Source: a virus
Lineage: Duplodnaviria > Caudoviricetes
Virus record (IMG/VR): IMGVR_UViG_3300025127_000036
Location: 1-59,428 of that record
DNA length: 59,428 bases
Strand: one strand, 5' to 3'
In this document: positions 38,164-47,677 of the stretch, piece after piece
Layout: each line of letters opens with the position of its first letter
Position numbering within the stretch: the first letter of the stretch is position 1
Position numbers and translations under genes: made by a program
Notes under the pieces: generated by a model
Databases searched by the model: none
Told to the model about the DNA's origin: nothing
What the model saw: the letters and a program-made list of their open reading frames with translations, nothing else

Positions 38164-38204
38164 GATATAATGGGATATAATCATATAGTCAAAAGTGTCG
38201 CACC
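38164..38204 (-). promoter_or_regulatory. sigma70-type early promoter with upstream GGTGCGACACTTTTGAC box
   Basis: TTGACT-17-TATATC. Confidence 0.65.
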
Positions 38205-38266
38205 CATAAATTAATTACACGTATAAGTTGTGTTGTAAATTTGCAACATGTGTTGTAGTTTTGTTC

Positions 38267-38686
38267 ATGTCACAACCTGAGGCCCAACTTTGGAAACAAG
38301 TAAAAGAAGCTTTACAACATCAAAATTATTTTTTAACCAGAATTGAAACGTTGACGGTTTCAGGTGTTCCAGATGTATTTGGTTGTTACCGTGGACAATC
38401 TTTTTGGTTAGAATTAAAATCAAATCAGGTCAATTATCCAACGTTGAATAAACATCAAATTGTCTGGATTAACAAAGCAATTAAACATGGATTAAATGTA
38501 TTGATCTTGCATAGAGCCCAAAAGCAAAAGACGCTCAAAATCTACAGACCATTAACTTTTTTTACTGATCCGCGATCCCTTATCCCTGTTTTTATTTGCA
38601 AAATTCCTGTGCGATGGCCGTTATTCGTTGACCATTTTACGCGGGCCGTGTTGACTGATTTAAAAAACTTAAACGCGGATCAGTGA
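38267..38686 (+). CDS. VRR-NUC/Holliday-junction resolvase-like PD-(D/E)XK nuclease
   Basis: PEAQLW..RIET..SGVPD..FWLELK..HQIVW. Confidence 0.82.
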   Translation: MSQPEAQLWKQVKEALQHQNYFLTRIETLTVSGVPDVFGCYRGQSFWLELKSNQVNYPTLNKHQIVWINKAIKHGLNVLILHRAQKQKTLKIYRPLTFFTDPRSLIPVFICKIPVRWPLFVDHFTRAVLTDLKNLNADQ

Positions 38687-38710
38687 CCGTTGACCGTTGA
38701 CCGTTGACCG
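38684..38710 (+). repeat. tandem 7-mer (TGACCGT) x ~4
   Basis: TGACCGT TGACCGT TGACCGT TGACCG just upstream of terL. Confidence 0.9.
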
Positions 38711-38854
38711 CTTACAAGGCTCAATCGAAACATGAAACCAGATCCGTTAAAATTAAAAAAAACACCACCGCGCGCGAAAAATGTATCTTACAGCGCGACA
38801 CTTGTGGCAAGTTGCATAGACGTATATAAGGTTCAAATGAAACGGATTTCTTAA

Positions 38855-40339
38855 ATGCAAACCAACCTTGATAGATTAACCGATGAAGAACTAAGGGACT
38901 TAGTATTAAAGAAGCAGCTGGAATATATAAAATTATGCCAAGATGATTTCTTAGCTTTTGCGCAGGCAGTTTGGCCAGACTTCATTTATCGTAAAACAAA
39001 GGACCCAAAAAGATACGGCCACCATCAAATAATTTCGGAAAAATTTCAGGACATAGCGCAAAACAAAGAAAAAAGATTAATTATAAATATGCCACCAAGG
39101 CATACTAAATCTGAATTTGCTTCATACTTATTTCCTGCTTGGATGATTGGCAGAAACCCTAAAATGAAATTGATGCAAGTTTCACACAATGCTGAACTTG
39201 CAGTAAGGTTCGGTAGCAAAGTAAGAAATTTAATGGATACCGAAGAATACAAAACTATATTTGGAGATGTTAAACTAAGAGAAGATAGTAAAGCAAAAGG
39301 ACGTTGGGAGACCAATCATGGTGGGGAATATTTTGCAGCGGGTGTTGGCGGTTCTATCACAGGACGAGGGGCGGACTTACTTATTATCGATGATCCACAT
39401 ACGGAACAAGATTCAATGTCAGACAAAGCAATGGATCGTGCTTACGAGTGGTATAGCTCAGGGCCAAGACAACGTTTGCAACCAGGTGGAAGAATAATAG
39501 TGGTCATGACCCGTTGGGCAACAGACGATCTCACCGGTCGTTTAGTGAAGGCTCAAACAGAACCAAAAGCGGACAGATGGAACGTAATAGAATTTCCAGC
39601 CATCATGCCTACCGGAAAACCAGTTTGGCCTGAGTATTGGAAACTAGAAGATTTAGAAGCAGTCAAAGCATCTGTGTCAACAAAGAACTGGAATGCACAA
39701 TATATGCAGGACCCAACCTCAGAGGAAGGGGCTATAATAAAAAGAGAATGGTGGAATGATTACGATAAAGATTACCTCCCTAGATTGCTGCATGTCATAC
39801 AAAGTTATGATACTGCATTTAGCGCCAAAGAAACGGCAGACTACTCTGCAATAACAACTTGGGGAATATTTCAACCAGTTGAAGGTTACGAAAACGCAAT
39901 TATTTTACTTGATGCAATAAAAGGCAGATATGACTTTCCTGATTTAAAAAATGTTGCTTTAGAACAATATAAATATTGGGAACCTGAAACAGTGATCATT
40001 GAGGCTAAAGCAAGTGGCCAACCTTTAATACACGAATTGAGAAGAGCAGGACTACCTGTAATAGATTATGTGCCCGCAAAGGGAAGAGATAAGTTTACCA
40101 GGATTAATAGCTGTTCTCCAGTGTTTGAATCAGGAATGGTGTGGGCCCCTTTAGATGAAAAATTTGCTCAAGATGTAATTGAGGAATGTGCAGCTTTTCC
40201 TAATGGTCAATATGATGACTATGTAGACAGTATGACCCAAGCTGTGCTAAGATATAGACAAGGTGGTTTTGTAAATACATACTCAGACGATTGGGACGAT
40301 CCACCAATTAAATTAGAAAAGGAATATAAATATTATTAG
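38855..40339 (+). CDS. terL: terminase large subunit
   Basis: INMPPRHTKS (Walker A), LLIIDD (Walker B), MTRW, SYDTA..ADYSA, FPNGQYDDYVDS nuclease motifs. Confidence 0.95.
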   Translation: MQTNLDRLTDEELRDLVLKKQLEYIKLCQDDFLAFAQAVWPDFIYRKTKDPKRYGHHQIISEKFQDIAQNKEKRLIINMPPRHTKSEFASYLFPAWMIGRNPKMKLMQVSHNAELAVRFGSKVRNLMDTEEYKTIFGDVKLREDSKAKGRWETNHGGEYFAAGVGGSITGRGADLLIIDDPHTEQDSMSDKAMDRAYEWYSSGPRQRLQPGGRIIVVMTRWATDDLTGRLVKAQTEPKADRWNVIEFPAIMPTGKPVWPEYWKLEDLEAVKASVSTKNWNAQYMQDPTSEEGAIIKREWWNDYDKDYLPRLLHVIQSYDTAFSAKETADYSAITTWGIFQPVEGYENAIILLDAIKGRYDFPDLKNVALEQYKYWEPETVIIEAKASGQPLIHELRRAGLPVIDYVPAKGRDKFTRINSCSPVFESGMVWAPLDEKFAQDVIEECAAFPNGQYDDYVDSMTQAVLRYRQGGFVNTYSDDWDDPPIKLEKEYKYY

Positions 40340-40347
40340 GAGATATT

Positions 40348-41328
40348 ATGCCATTAAAAATGTTTAGAAAAAACAAAGATAAAAAAGAAGACAAAAATAA
40401 AAAATCAAAAGGCTCTTCTAAGTTAGATATTTTCAAAAGCTACGGCAAATATGATGGCAAACCTGTAGAATTAAAAATAGGAGGAACGATGCTCAAAAAC
40501 CCAAAAAAAGCAGATTTAGATAAAGACGGAAAACTTTCCGGTTACGAAAAGAAAAGAGGAATGGCCATCGAAAAATCTATGAGTGGAAAAAAATTTGGTG
40601 GTGCCATGAAACAAAAACCAATGAAGGCTGTATTAGGAGCGATTGCATTAGGATTAGGTGCTAAAAAAATGATGGAGAAGAAAAAAGGTTCTGCATCACC
40701 AGGAAAAATTGGTATGACAGGCGTAGGTGGAATGGCCGCTAATCTTTATGAAAAAAAGAAAAAAGAACTTATGCAAGGTAAAAAAAGAGGCGGTGTAATG
40801 AAGTACAACAAAGGTGGCGGAGCTGATACCGGAAGAATGGGTGAAATAAAAAGTAGCTTAGCTGTTACTGCAAACAAATTAAGTAAAATTAATACACCAG
40901 GAAGACTTTCCGAAAAAGATAAGGAAACATTAAAAAAACTTTCTAAAGTTAGAAATGCTAAGCCATTAAAAAAAATGGGTGGTGGATTAATGAGTGCTAC
41001 TAAAAAATCTATGGGAGGACCAGCTGGAGAAAAAAGAGATATTAGAAAAGTTGAACACATGACTGGAAAAAACGAAAATAAATTTGTAGACAAAAGAAAA
41101 AAAGCTATGGGTGGCGGCATGATGCAAAAACCTATGGGTTATGGCAAAGGCGGAATGAAAGATAAAAAAATTGTTAAGATTGCTATAGGTATAGGTAAAG
41201 CAAAAGATTATCCTGGAATGAAAAAAATAATGGAGATGAACAAAAAAGGTAAAAAAAGATTTAACACCGGTGGTTCAGTTTCAGTAAGTACAAAATTAGG
41301 TAGAAATAAACCAACAAAACTTTATTAG
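40348..41328 (+). CDS. highly basic K/G/M-rich repeat protein, likely capsid-internal
   Basis: About ten xxxGG repeats; EF-hand-like ADLDKDGKLSGYE. Confidence 0.7.
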   Translation: MPLKMFRKNKDKKEDKNKKSKGSSKLDIFKSYGKYDGKPVELKIGGTMLKNPKKADLDKDGKLSGYEKKRGMAIEKSMSGKKFGGAMKQKPMKAVLGAIALGLGAKKMMEKKKGSASPGKIGMTGVGGMAANLYEKKKKELMQGKKRGGVMKYNKGGGADTGRMGEIKSSLAVTANKLSKINTPGRLSEKDKETLKKLSKVRNAKPLKKMGGGLMSATKKSMGGPAGEKRDIRKVEHMTGKNENKFVDKRKKAMGGGMMQKPMGYGKGGMKDKKIVKIAIGIGKAKDYPGMKKIMEMNKKGKKRFNTGGSVSVSTKLGRNKPTKLY

Positions 41329-41362
41329 TTGATTCTCAGCCAGGAAAAGGCTAGAGGTATTT

Positions 41363-43699
41363 ATGGCTGTTGAAAAAGACAATATAGAAATTTCTGAAAA
41401 CGAAAAAATAGAAGACGGCAAGGGAACTCCAATTATAAATGAAGCGGTAGAGGATGTCTCTGTAGAGGGAGAGGATCAACCAGAGCTAAGACCACAAGAT
41501 GATTTTAACGCAAATCTTGCAGAGTTTATGGATGAAAGAACTCTCCAAAGGATGGGATCTGATTTAGTATCAGAATACAAAAAAGATAAAACATCAAGAA
41601 AAGAATGGGAAGATGCATATATAAAAGGATTAGATCTTCTTGGAACTAAATACACTGAAGTTTCAAAACCATTTAAGGGTGCCTCTAATGTAACACATCC
41701 TTTGTTAGCAGAATCAGTAACACAATTTCAAGCACAAGCTTATAAAGAATTAGTTCCATCAGATGGTCCAGTAAGGACCCAAGTAGTAGGTCTTCAAACT
41801 CCAGCAATAGAAGAACAAGCAGATCGTGTAAAAGATTACATGAACTATATGTTAATGGAAGAGATGGAGGAATACACAACTGACATGGATAGCATGTTGT
41901 TCCATTTACCGTTATCCGGTAGTAGTTTTAAAAAAATATATTACGATGAAATATTAAAAAGACCTGTATCGAAGTTTATTCCTGCTGAAGATTTAGTAGT
42001 GCCATACTACGCATCTGATTTAAAAGATACAGATAGAATTACTCACGTACAACGGCTAACGGAAAACGAAGTTGTAAAACTTATGGCCGGTGGTTTTTAC
42101 AGAGATATAGATTTACCTAAACCTGGAGAAGCGTCCACGGACAACGTACAGAAAAAGATAAATGAATTAGAAGGTGTTAAAAAATCTGGTGAAGATTATC
42201 TACACACGATACTGGAAATACACGTAGATTTACATTTAGATGATTATGAAAAATTTGATTCTAGAGCTAAAAAAATAAAGATACCATACGTAGTTACAAT
42301 TGACGAAGGTTCAGGTGAGGTATTATCAATCTATAGAAACTATAGACCAGATGATGCTACTTACAAAAGAATAGAATACTTCGTTCACTATAAATTTTTA
42401 CCAGGATTAGGATTTTATGGATTTGGTTTGACACATATGATTGGTGGTTTAAGCAGAGCGGCCACACAATCTTTAAGACAATTGATCGATGCAGGGACTT
42501 TAAAAAATTTACCAGCAGGTTTTAAGTCTAGAGGCATTAGAGTTAGAGATGATGATCAACCAATGCAACCAGGAGAGTTCAGAGACGTTGATGCTCCGGG
42601 CGGAAACATCAGAGATCAGTTTTTCCCTCTACCTTTTACAGAACCAAGCACAACTTTATTTAATCTTTTAGGATTTGTTGTACAAGCAGGACAAAAATTT
42701 GCTGCAATAACTGATTCCAATGTTGGAAATGACCTACAAAACCGTGCTGTGGGCACCACAGTGGCCTTAATGGAGAGAGGTTCACGTGTAATGAGTGGTG
42801 TTCATAAGCGTTGTTACTACGCTATGAGGTTAGAATTTAAAATTTTAGCTAGAATTATGGCTGATGCGCTGCCTCCAAGCTATCCTTATGATGTTTATGG
42901 TGGCCCAAGAATGATAAAAGCATTAGATTTTGATAATAGAGTGGATATTTTACCAGTTGCAGACCCAAATATCATGTCAATGGCACAAAGAGTAATGCTT
43001 TCTCAGCAACAATTACAAGTTGCCATGTCAAATCCACAAATTCATAACATTCATGAAGCTTATAGACGTGTTTATGAGGCGTTAGGCACAAAACAAATAG
43101 GAACTTTACTAAAACCACCACCAAAACAACCAGAACCAATGGATCCAGGTAAGGAAAACGCACGTGCTTTACAAATGCAACTACTTACAGCGTTTGAATT
43201 CCAAGATCATGATGCACACATAGCAGCTCACAGTGCTTTTATGCAATCTAGAATGGTTCAAATTAATCCACAGGTCTATGCATTACTACAAGCGCACATT
43301 TCTGATCACATTTCTTTTAAAGCAAAGATAGAAGTAAGAGAACAATTGATGCAAGACCCTAATATGGTAGCTCTGTCTCAACAAAACCCACAACAATTTC
43401 AAATACAATTTGATAAAGCGGTTGCAACTGCAGTAGCAGAGATAACTGAAGAACTTGTTAGAGGTGAATTAGAAAGTGCTGCAGGAAAAGTTGATCCTTT
43501 AGTAAGATTAAAACAACAAGAAATAGATTTACGTGCTATGGACATGCAGCGTAAGGAGAGAGAAACAGAATTAAAAGCTCAATTGGATATGACTAAGGAA
43601 GCTAATAGATTAGACTTCCAATACGATAAATTATCAGAGCAATCTGATCAATCAGATCAAAGATTAGAAGTAGCGAGGCAAAAACTTGCCAAAAAATAA
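41363..43699 (+). CDS. portal protein
   Basis: 778 aa after terL; SRKEWE..YIKGLDLLG, HPLLAE..QFQA, GSSFKKIYYD, GFYGFGL motifs. Confidence 0.88.
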   Translation: MAVEKDNIEISENEKIEDGKGTPIINEAVEDVSVEGEDQPELRPQDDFNANLAEFMDERTLQRMGSDLVSEYKKDKTSRKEWEDAYIKGLDLLGTKYTEVSKPFKGASNVTHPLLAESVTQFQAQAYKELVPSDGPVRTQVVGLQTPAIEEQADRVKDYMNYMLMEEMEEYTTDMDSMLFHLPLSGSSFKKIYYDEILKRPVSKFIPAEDLVVPYYASDLKDTDRITHVQRLTENEVVKLMAGGFYRDIDLPKPGEASTDNVQKKINELEGVKKSGEDYLHTILEIHVDLHLDDYEKFDSRAKKIKIPYVVTIDEGSGEVLSIYRNYRPDDATYKRIEYFVHYKFLPGLGFYGFGLTHMIGGLSRAATQSLRQLIDAGTLKNLPAGFKSRGIRVRDDDQPMQPGEFRDVDAPGGNIRDQFFPLPFTEPSTTLFNLLGFVVQAGQKFAAITDSNVGNDLQNRAVGTTVALMERGSRVMSGVHKRCYYAMRLEFKILARIMADALPPSYPYDVYGGPRMIKALDFDNRVDILPVADPNIMSMAQRVMLSQQQLQVAMSNPQIHNIHEAYRRVYEALGTKQIGTLLKPPPKQPEPMDPGKENARALQMQLLTAFEFQDHDAHIAAHSAFMQSRMVQINPQVYALLQAHISDHISFKAKIEVREQLMQDPNMVALSQQNPQQFQIQFDKAVATAVAEITEELVRGELESAAGKVDPLVRLKQQEIDLRAMDMQRKERETELKAQLDMTKEANRLDFQYDKLSEQSDQSDQRLEVARQKLAKK

Positions 43700-43973
43700 C
43701 GATCCAAAAACTGGTACAGGTAAAAAACCAAAAGGTTCTGGTAGAAGACTATACACAGATGAAAATCCTAGAGATACAGTTAAGATAAAATTTGCAACAC
43801 CTGAAGATGCAAGAGCAACTGTTGCGAAAGTCAAACGTGTAAACAAACCGTTTGCTAGAAAAATACAAATATTAACAGTGATGGAACAAAGAGCTAAAGT
43901 TATGGGTAAAAATCAGGTTGTATCAATTGCTAAGAAAGGAAAAAATGAAATTAGAAAAACACAACAGTCTTGA
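43686..43973 (+). CDS. small basic protein
   Basis: GTGKKPKGSGRRLYTDENP..QILTVMEQRAK; TTG start. Confidence 0.7.
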   Translation: MPKNNDPKTGTGKKPKGSGRRLYTDENPRDTVKIKFATPEDARATVAKVKRVNKPFARKIQILTVMEQRAKVMGKNQVVSIAKKGKNEIRKTQQS

Positions 43974-44139
43974 AACTTCAAGTGGTGGTGTTAAATCAGG
44001 ACCACCCCCTAAAAGAGGACCAAACCCACAAGGATTAAAAAAAGGTGGTTGTCCTCATCGAGAACCAGGAGTAAAATCTGATATCAAAGGCATTAAAGAC
44101 ATACAAACTACCGGAAAAAAGTTCATCGGTTTACGATAA
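43945..44139 (+). CDS. small basic Pro/Gly-rich protein
   Basis: AAGGA RBS; GPPPKRGPNPQG..GKKFIGLR. Confidence 0.6.
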   Translation: MKLEKHNSLETSSGGVKSGPPPKRGPNPQGLKKGGCPHREPGVKSDIKGIKDIQTTGKKFIGLR

Positions 44140-44467
44140 TCTTTCTGAAAAAGAAAAAATAATATTTTTAGCAGGAGTATTTGATGGAGAGGGAAGTTTT
44201 GGTATTTGGTCAAAGCTAAAAACAAAAAAATATTTTGCATGTAGCGTAGAGATGTCTGATAAGGATTTGGTTAAAAGGTTTCATGACTTTTTTGGGGGTT
44301 GTATTTACCTTTGTAAGAGAAGAAAACTACATCATAAAGATACATGGAGATGGAGGATCAATGGTCAAGGGGCTTTATCTACAGTTGATAAAATGATAGA
44401 TTATTTAAGTAATAGACGTAAGGAGAAATTTAAGAATGTGGTTCAGTGCCTTAAAATTAGCAATTAA
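44078..44467 (+). CDS. single-motif LAGLIDADG homing endonuclease
   Basis: Frame upstream of the 44252 ATG reads IFLAGVFDGEGSF; open from stop 44072-44074; AGGAG-6nt-CTG at 44078. Confidence 0.8.
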   Translation: MISKALKTYKLPEKSSSVYDNLSEKEKIIFLAGVFDGEGSFGIWSKLKTKKYFACSVEMSDKDLVKRFHDFFGGCIYLCKRRKLHHKDTWRWRINGQGALSTVDKMIDYLSNRRKEKFKNVVQCLKISN

Positions 44468-44816
44468 TGCTGGCAGTAAAATTTATGCCAACAAACAAAA
44501 AGCAAAAATTGCAATGTCCGATGCACAATTATTACATGCAGAACGTCAAGCTCGAGGTGAAGAAGCTTACCAGGGTAAATTGTTAGAGGCTAGACAATCA
44601 GACTGGAAAGACGAGGCAGTTTTGATAATTCTAACTTTGCCAATCTTGGTGATTGCTTGGGGGGTCTTCTCGGATGATCCGGGTGCGTCTGAAAAAATAA
44701 AAATGTTCTTTGAGCAGTTCCAGCAGCTGCCGTCATGGTTCACTAATTTGTGGATTCTTGTCGTGGCGAGCATTTATGGTATAAAGGGAACACAAATATT
44801 TAAAGGAAAGAAATAA
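44436..44816 (+). CDS. holin-like membrane protein
   Basis: SDWKDE, two hydrophobic helices, LPSW..VVASIYGIK. Confidence 0.65.
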   Translation: MWFSALKLAINAGSKIYANKQKAKIAMSDAQLLHAERQARGEEAYQGKLLEARQSDWKDEAVLIILTLPILVIAWGVFSDDPGASEKIKMFFEQFQQLPSWFTNLWILVVASIYGIKGTQIFKGKK

Positions 44817-44817
44817 A

Positions 44818-45192
44818 ATGACTAAATTATGTCCAAGAGGTAAAGCCGCAGCAAAGAGAAAATTTTCAGTTTATCCGTCAGCATATGCGAACGCATACGC
44901 TAGCAAAATTTGTGCAGGAAAAATCAAAGATCCATCTGGTGTGAAAAGAAAAGATTTTAAAGGACCTAAACCTGCAGGAAAAAAAGTTGGTGGAATGACG
45001 GCAGGTTCTCAATCAGCTTTAGGTAGAATTCAAAAATCTAAAATGATGAATAAAGGTGGAGATGCGAAAATAAAAAAAGTTGCTAAAGCTTTACACAAAG
45101 CGTCTGGGTTACATAAACAACAGGCACAATCATTAGATTCTATTAAATTAAAAAGCGGTGGAATGAGTGATTATTATAAAGATTTAATGTAA
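44818..45192 (+). CDS. small basic protein
   Basis: AKRKFSVYPSAYAN motif plus xxxGG repeats. Confidence 0.7.
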   Translation: MTKLCPRGKAAAKRKFSVYPSAYANAYASKICAGKIKDPSGVKRKDFKGPKPAGKKVGGMTAGSQSALGRIQKSKMMNKGGDAKIKKVAKALHKASGLHKQQAQSLDSIKLKSGGMSDYYKDLM

Positions 45193-45470
45193 TGCAAAAA
45201 AATATTCAGTACATGAAATCAGGTGGACTGAAAAAATGGTTCAGTGAAAAATGGGTAGACATTGGATCAAAAAAACCTGGGGGAGGTTTTAGAGAATGTG
45301 GAAGAAAATCTGCAAGTGGATCAAAAAGAAAGTACCCCAAATGCGTGCCTGCTGCAAAAGCCGCCCGAATGACAGAATCGCAAAGGCGTTCTGCGGTTGC
45401 AAGGAAGAGAAGTAAAGCTCAAGGAGTTGGTGGTAAACCAACTAACGTAAAAACATTTGCAAAAGCATAA
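45192..45470 (+). CDS. small basic protein
   Basis: GLKKWFSEKWVDI..CGR..YPKCVP motif. Confidence 0.75.
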   Translation: MQKNIQYMKSGGLKKWFSEKWVDIGSKKPGGGFRECGRKSASGSKRKYPKCVPAAKAARMTESQRRSAVARKRSKAQGVGGKPTNVKTFAKA

Positions 45471-45505
45471 ATTATCTTTATAAATCATAAAAGTTTAAAA
45501 CTTAT

Positions 45506-45742
45506 GTGATGATAATTAATCTTGATACAATTTCTTTAATACAAAAAACAATTCATAAAAGATTAGAACGTTATAAGGAAGCAGCTATATATAGTGTTGA
45601 CACCATGGACCAACTACAATATGTTAGGGGGCAAATCAAATCCCTAGAGGATTTGCAACAGGAACTAAAAGACCTGCTGAATAAACAGGAGATAGAAGAT
45701 GACAATGTCCACGGTGAAACCGAAACGGACTGGGAAACTTGA
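45506..45742 (+). CDS. hypothetical protein
   Basis: YVRGQIKSL helical motif preceding groES-like gene; start uncertain. Confidence 0.6.
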   Translation: MMIINLDTISLIQKTIHKRLERYKEAAIYSVDTMDQLQYVRGQIKSLEDLQQELKDLLNKQEIEDDNVHGETETDWET

Positions 45743-46145
45743 GGATTCATATAAATCTGAAGAAGAAGTTTCAACAGTTCTGGATCCCAAATCAATAGAC
45801 GATAACCTTTTAGAAAGATTACCATCACCAACAGGGTATAGATTACTAGTTTTACCTTATGCTGGGCCAAAAAAAACTAAGGGTGGTATAATTCTTTCCG
45901 ATACAACTCAAGAAACAATTCAAATGACCACAGTTTGTGGCCTTGTTTTGAAAATGGGAAATCTTTGTTATAGAGACAAAGAAAAATTTCCTCTTGGTGC
46001 TTGGTGTAAACTTCATGACTGGATTATTTTTAGCAGGTATGCTGGTTCAAGATTCAAAATTGAAGGTGGAGAAGTAAGAGTGTTGAATGATGATGAGGTC
46101 ATATCAACCATTAAAAATCCACGTGATATTTTGCACCATTTTTAG
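45699..46145 (+). CDS. groES: co-chaperonin GroES-like protein
   Basis: PTGYRLLV..KTKGGIIL..VLKMG..IFSRYAGSRFKIEGGEVRVLNDDEVI. Confidence 0.88.
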   Translation: MTMSTVKPKRTGKLEDSYKSEEEVSTVLDPKSIDDNLLERLPSPTGYRLLVLPYAGPKKTKGGIILSDTTQETIQMTTVCGLVLKMGNLCYRDKEKFPLGAWCKLHDWIIFSRYAGSRFKIEGGEVRVLNDDEVISTIKNPRDILHHF

Positions 46146-46153
46146 GAGGAAAT

Positions 46154-47146
46154 ATGGCTGAAGATAATAAAGCTCAAGAAGTTGAGTTAGACACCGATGG
46201 TGTTAATGAGGAAAATGTAAACGTACCTGAAGCAAAAGAACCCGATGAATCATTTGCACAAAAAGAAAATGTAGATCTTGGTTATACCGATGTAACAGGT
46301 GGTAAAACAGCAAAAGAACTTTTACAAGAAACAAAAGACTCTGAGGAAAAACCTGAAGAAAAAACAGAGGAAAAAATACAAGTCGAAGAAAAAAAAGAAG
46401 ACTTGCAAGACTATTCTGAAAAAGTAAAAAAAAGAATAGATAAACTAACTTTTCAAATAAGAGAAGCTGAAAGAAGAGAAAAGGCTGCACTCGAATATGC
46501 AAAAGGATTGAAAAATAAATATGATACTTTGGACAAAAAGTTTGAAGAAACTGATACAAATTATCTTAAGGAATACGATTCAAGAATTGATGCTGAAAGA
46601 GAAAAAGTAAAAAATACTTTAAGAGCTGCCTTGGAGTCAAACGATGTAGAAAAAATTACGGAGGCTCAAGACGCACTTTCTAAACTTTCTGTAGAAAAGG
46701 AAAAGGTATCTTTAGCTCAAGCTGAAAAAAAAGCTAAAGCTGAGACACCACAGGAAAAATCATCTGAAGAAGCACCACCCCCACCAATTTCGCAAAAAGC
46801 CCAAAAATGGGCTGAGACTAACGAGTGGTTTGGAACGGATAGGGTCATGACCGGAGCGGCCATGAGTATTCATGAAGAACTTATGGGTCAGGGTATTGAT
46901 GCGGAAACAGATGAGTATTATAATGAAATCAACAAACGTATGAAGGAGTATTTCCCTCAAAAGTTTGCACAGGACACTACTGAAGAAACTAAACCTGCGA
47001 AAGAACCCGTCCAAAATGTAGGTTCAGTTAGTAGACGTTCAGGTGGACGCAAATCTGTGAGGCTCACCAAATCACAGGTAGTTATCGCTAAGAAATTAGG
47101 GGTGCCACTAGAGGAATACGCAAAATACGTGAAGGAAGGAGTATAA
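46154..47146 (+). CDS. capsid scaffolding protein
   Basis: Acidic coiled coil; WAETNEWFG; C-terminal VRLTKSQVVIAKKLGVPLEEYAKY; upstream of capsid genes. Confidence 0.75.
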   Translation: MAEDNKAQEVELDTDGVNEENVNVPEAKEPDESFAQKENVDLGYTDVTGGKTAKELLQETKDSEEKPEEKTEEKIQVEEKKEDLQDYSEKVKKRIDKLTFQIREAERREKAALEYAKGLKNKYDTLDKKFEETDTNYLKEYDSRIDAEREKVKNTLRAALESNDVEKITEAQDALSKLSVEKEKVSLAQAEKKAKAETPQEKSSEEAPPPPISQKAQKWAETNEWFGTDRVMTGAAMSIHEELMGQGIDAETDEYYNEINKRMKEYFPQKFAQDTTEETKPAKEPVQNVGSVSRRSGGRKSVRLTKSQVVIAKKLGVPLEEYAKYVKEGV

Positions 47147-47147
47147 C

Positions 47148-47615
47148 ATGGAAAAAATAAAAACTTCACGCGAGTCGGAATCTAGATCTAAACAATCTCG
47201 AAAAAAAGATTGGACTCCACCATCCAGTTTGGATGCGCCAGCTGCTCCGCAGGGTTATGCACATAGATGGATAAGAACTGCGACTATGGGTTTTGAAGAC
47301 GTTGCAAACGTTTCGAAAAAACTTAGAGAAGGTTGGGAATTTGTTAAAGCTGAAACACTTTTAAGTGAAATAGGTCAAAATGAATACCCAGTTATTTCTG
47401 AAGGAAAACATGCTGGTCTCGTTGGAATTGGGGGCCTTGTGTTGGCAAGGATACCAGAGGAGATTCTAAAACAACGTGCTGAGTATTTTCAAAAAATTAC
47501 TCAAGACAGAACAGACGCGATTGATAGGGATCTTATGAAGGAACAACACCCGGACATGCCAATCAATATTGATAGGCAGTCTAGAGTTACCTTTGGCGGT
47601 TCTCGTAAAAAGTAA
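47148..47615 (+). CDS. head-associated protein
   Basis: WTPPSSLDAP..HRWIR..LREGWEFV..GGLVLARIP; head operon. Confidence 0.65.
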   Translation: MEKIKTSRESESRSKQSRKKDWTPPSSLDAPAAPQGYAHRWIRTATMGFEDVANVSKKLREGWEFVKAETLLSEIGQNEYPVISEGKHAGLVGIGGLVLARIPEEILKQRAEYFQKITQDRTDAIDRDLMKEQHPDMPINIDRQSRVTFGGSRKK

Positions 47616-47677
47616 TATTTTTGCGATACCTACAAGTAGCTTGGATTTAATATAAACGTTAAAAGGAGAAAACAACT

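Noticed and set aside
44040-44470. Group I intron around the LAGLIDADG gene
   Set aside because: No interrupted host gene or intron core; flanking ORFs are intact and overlap it
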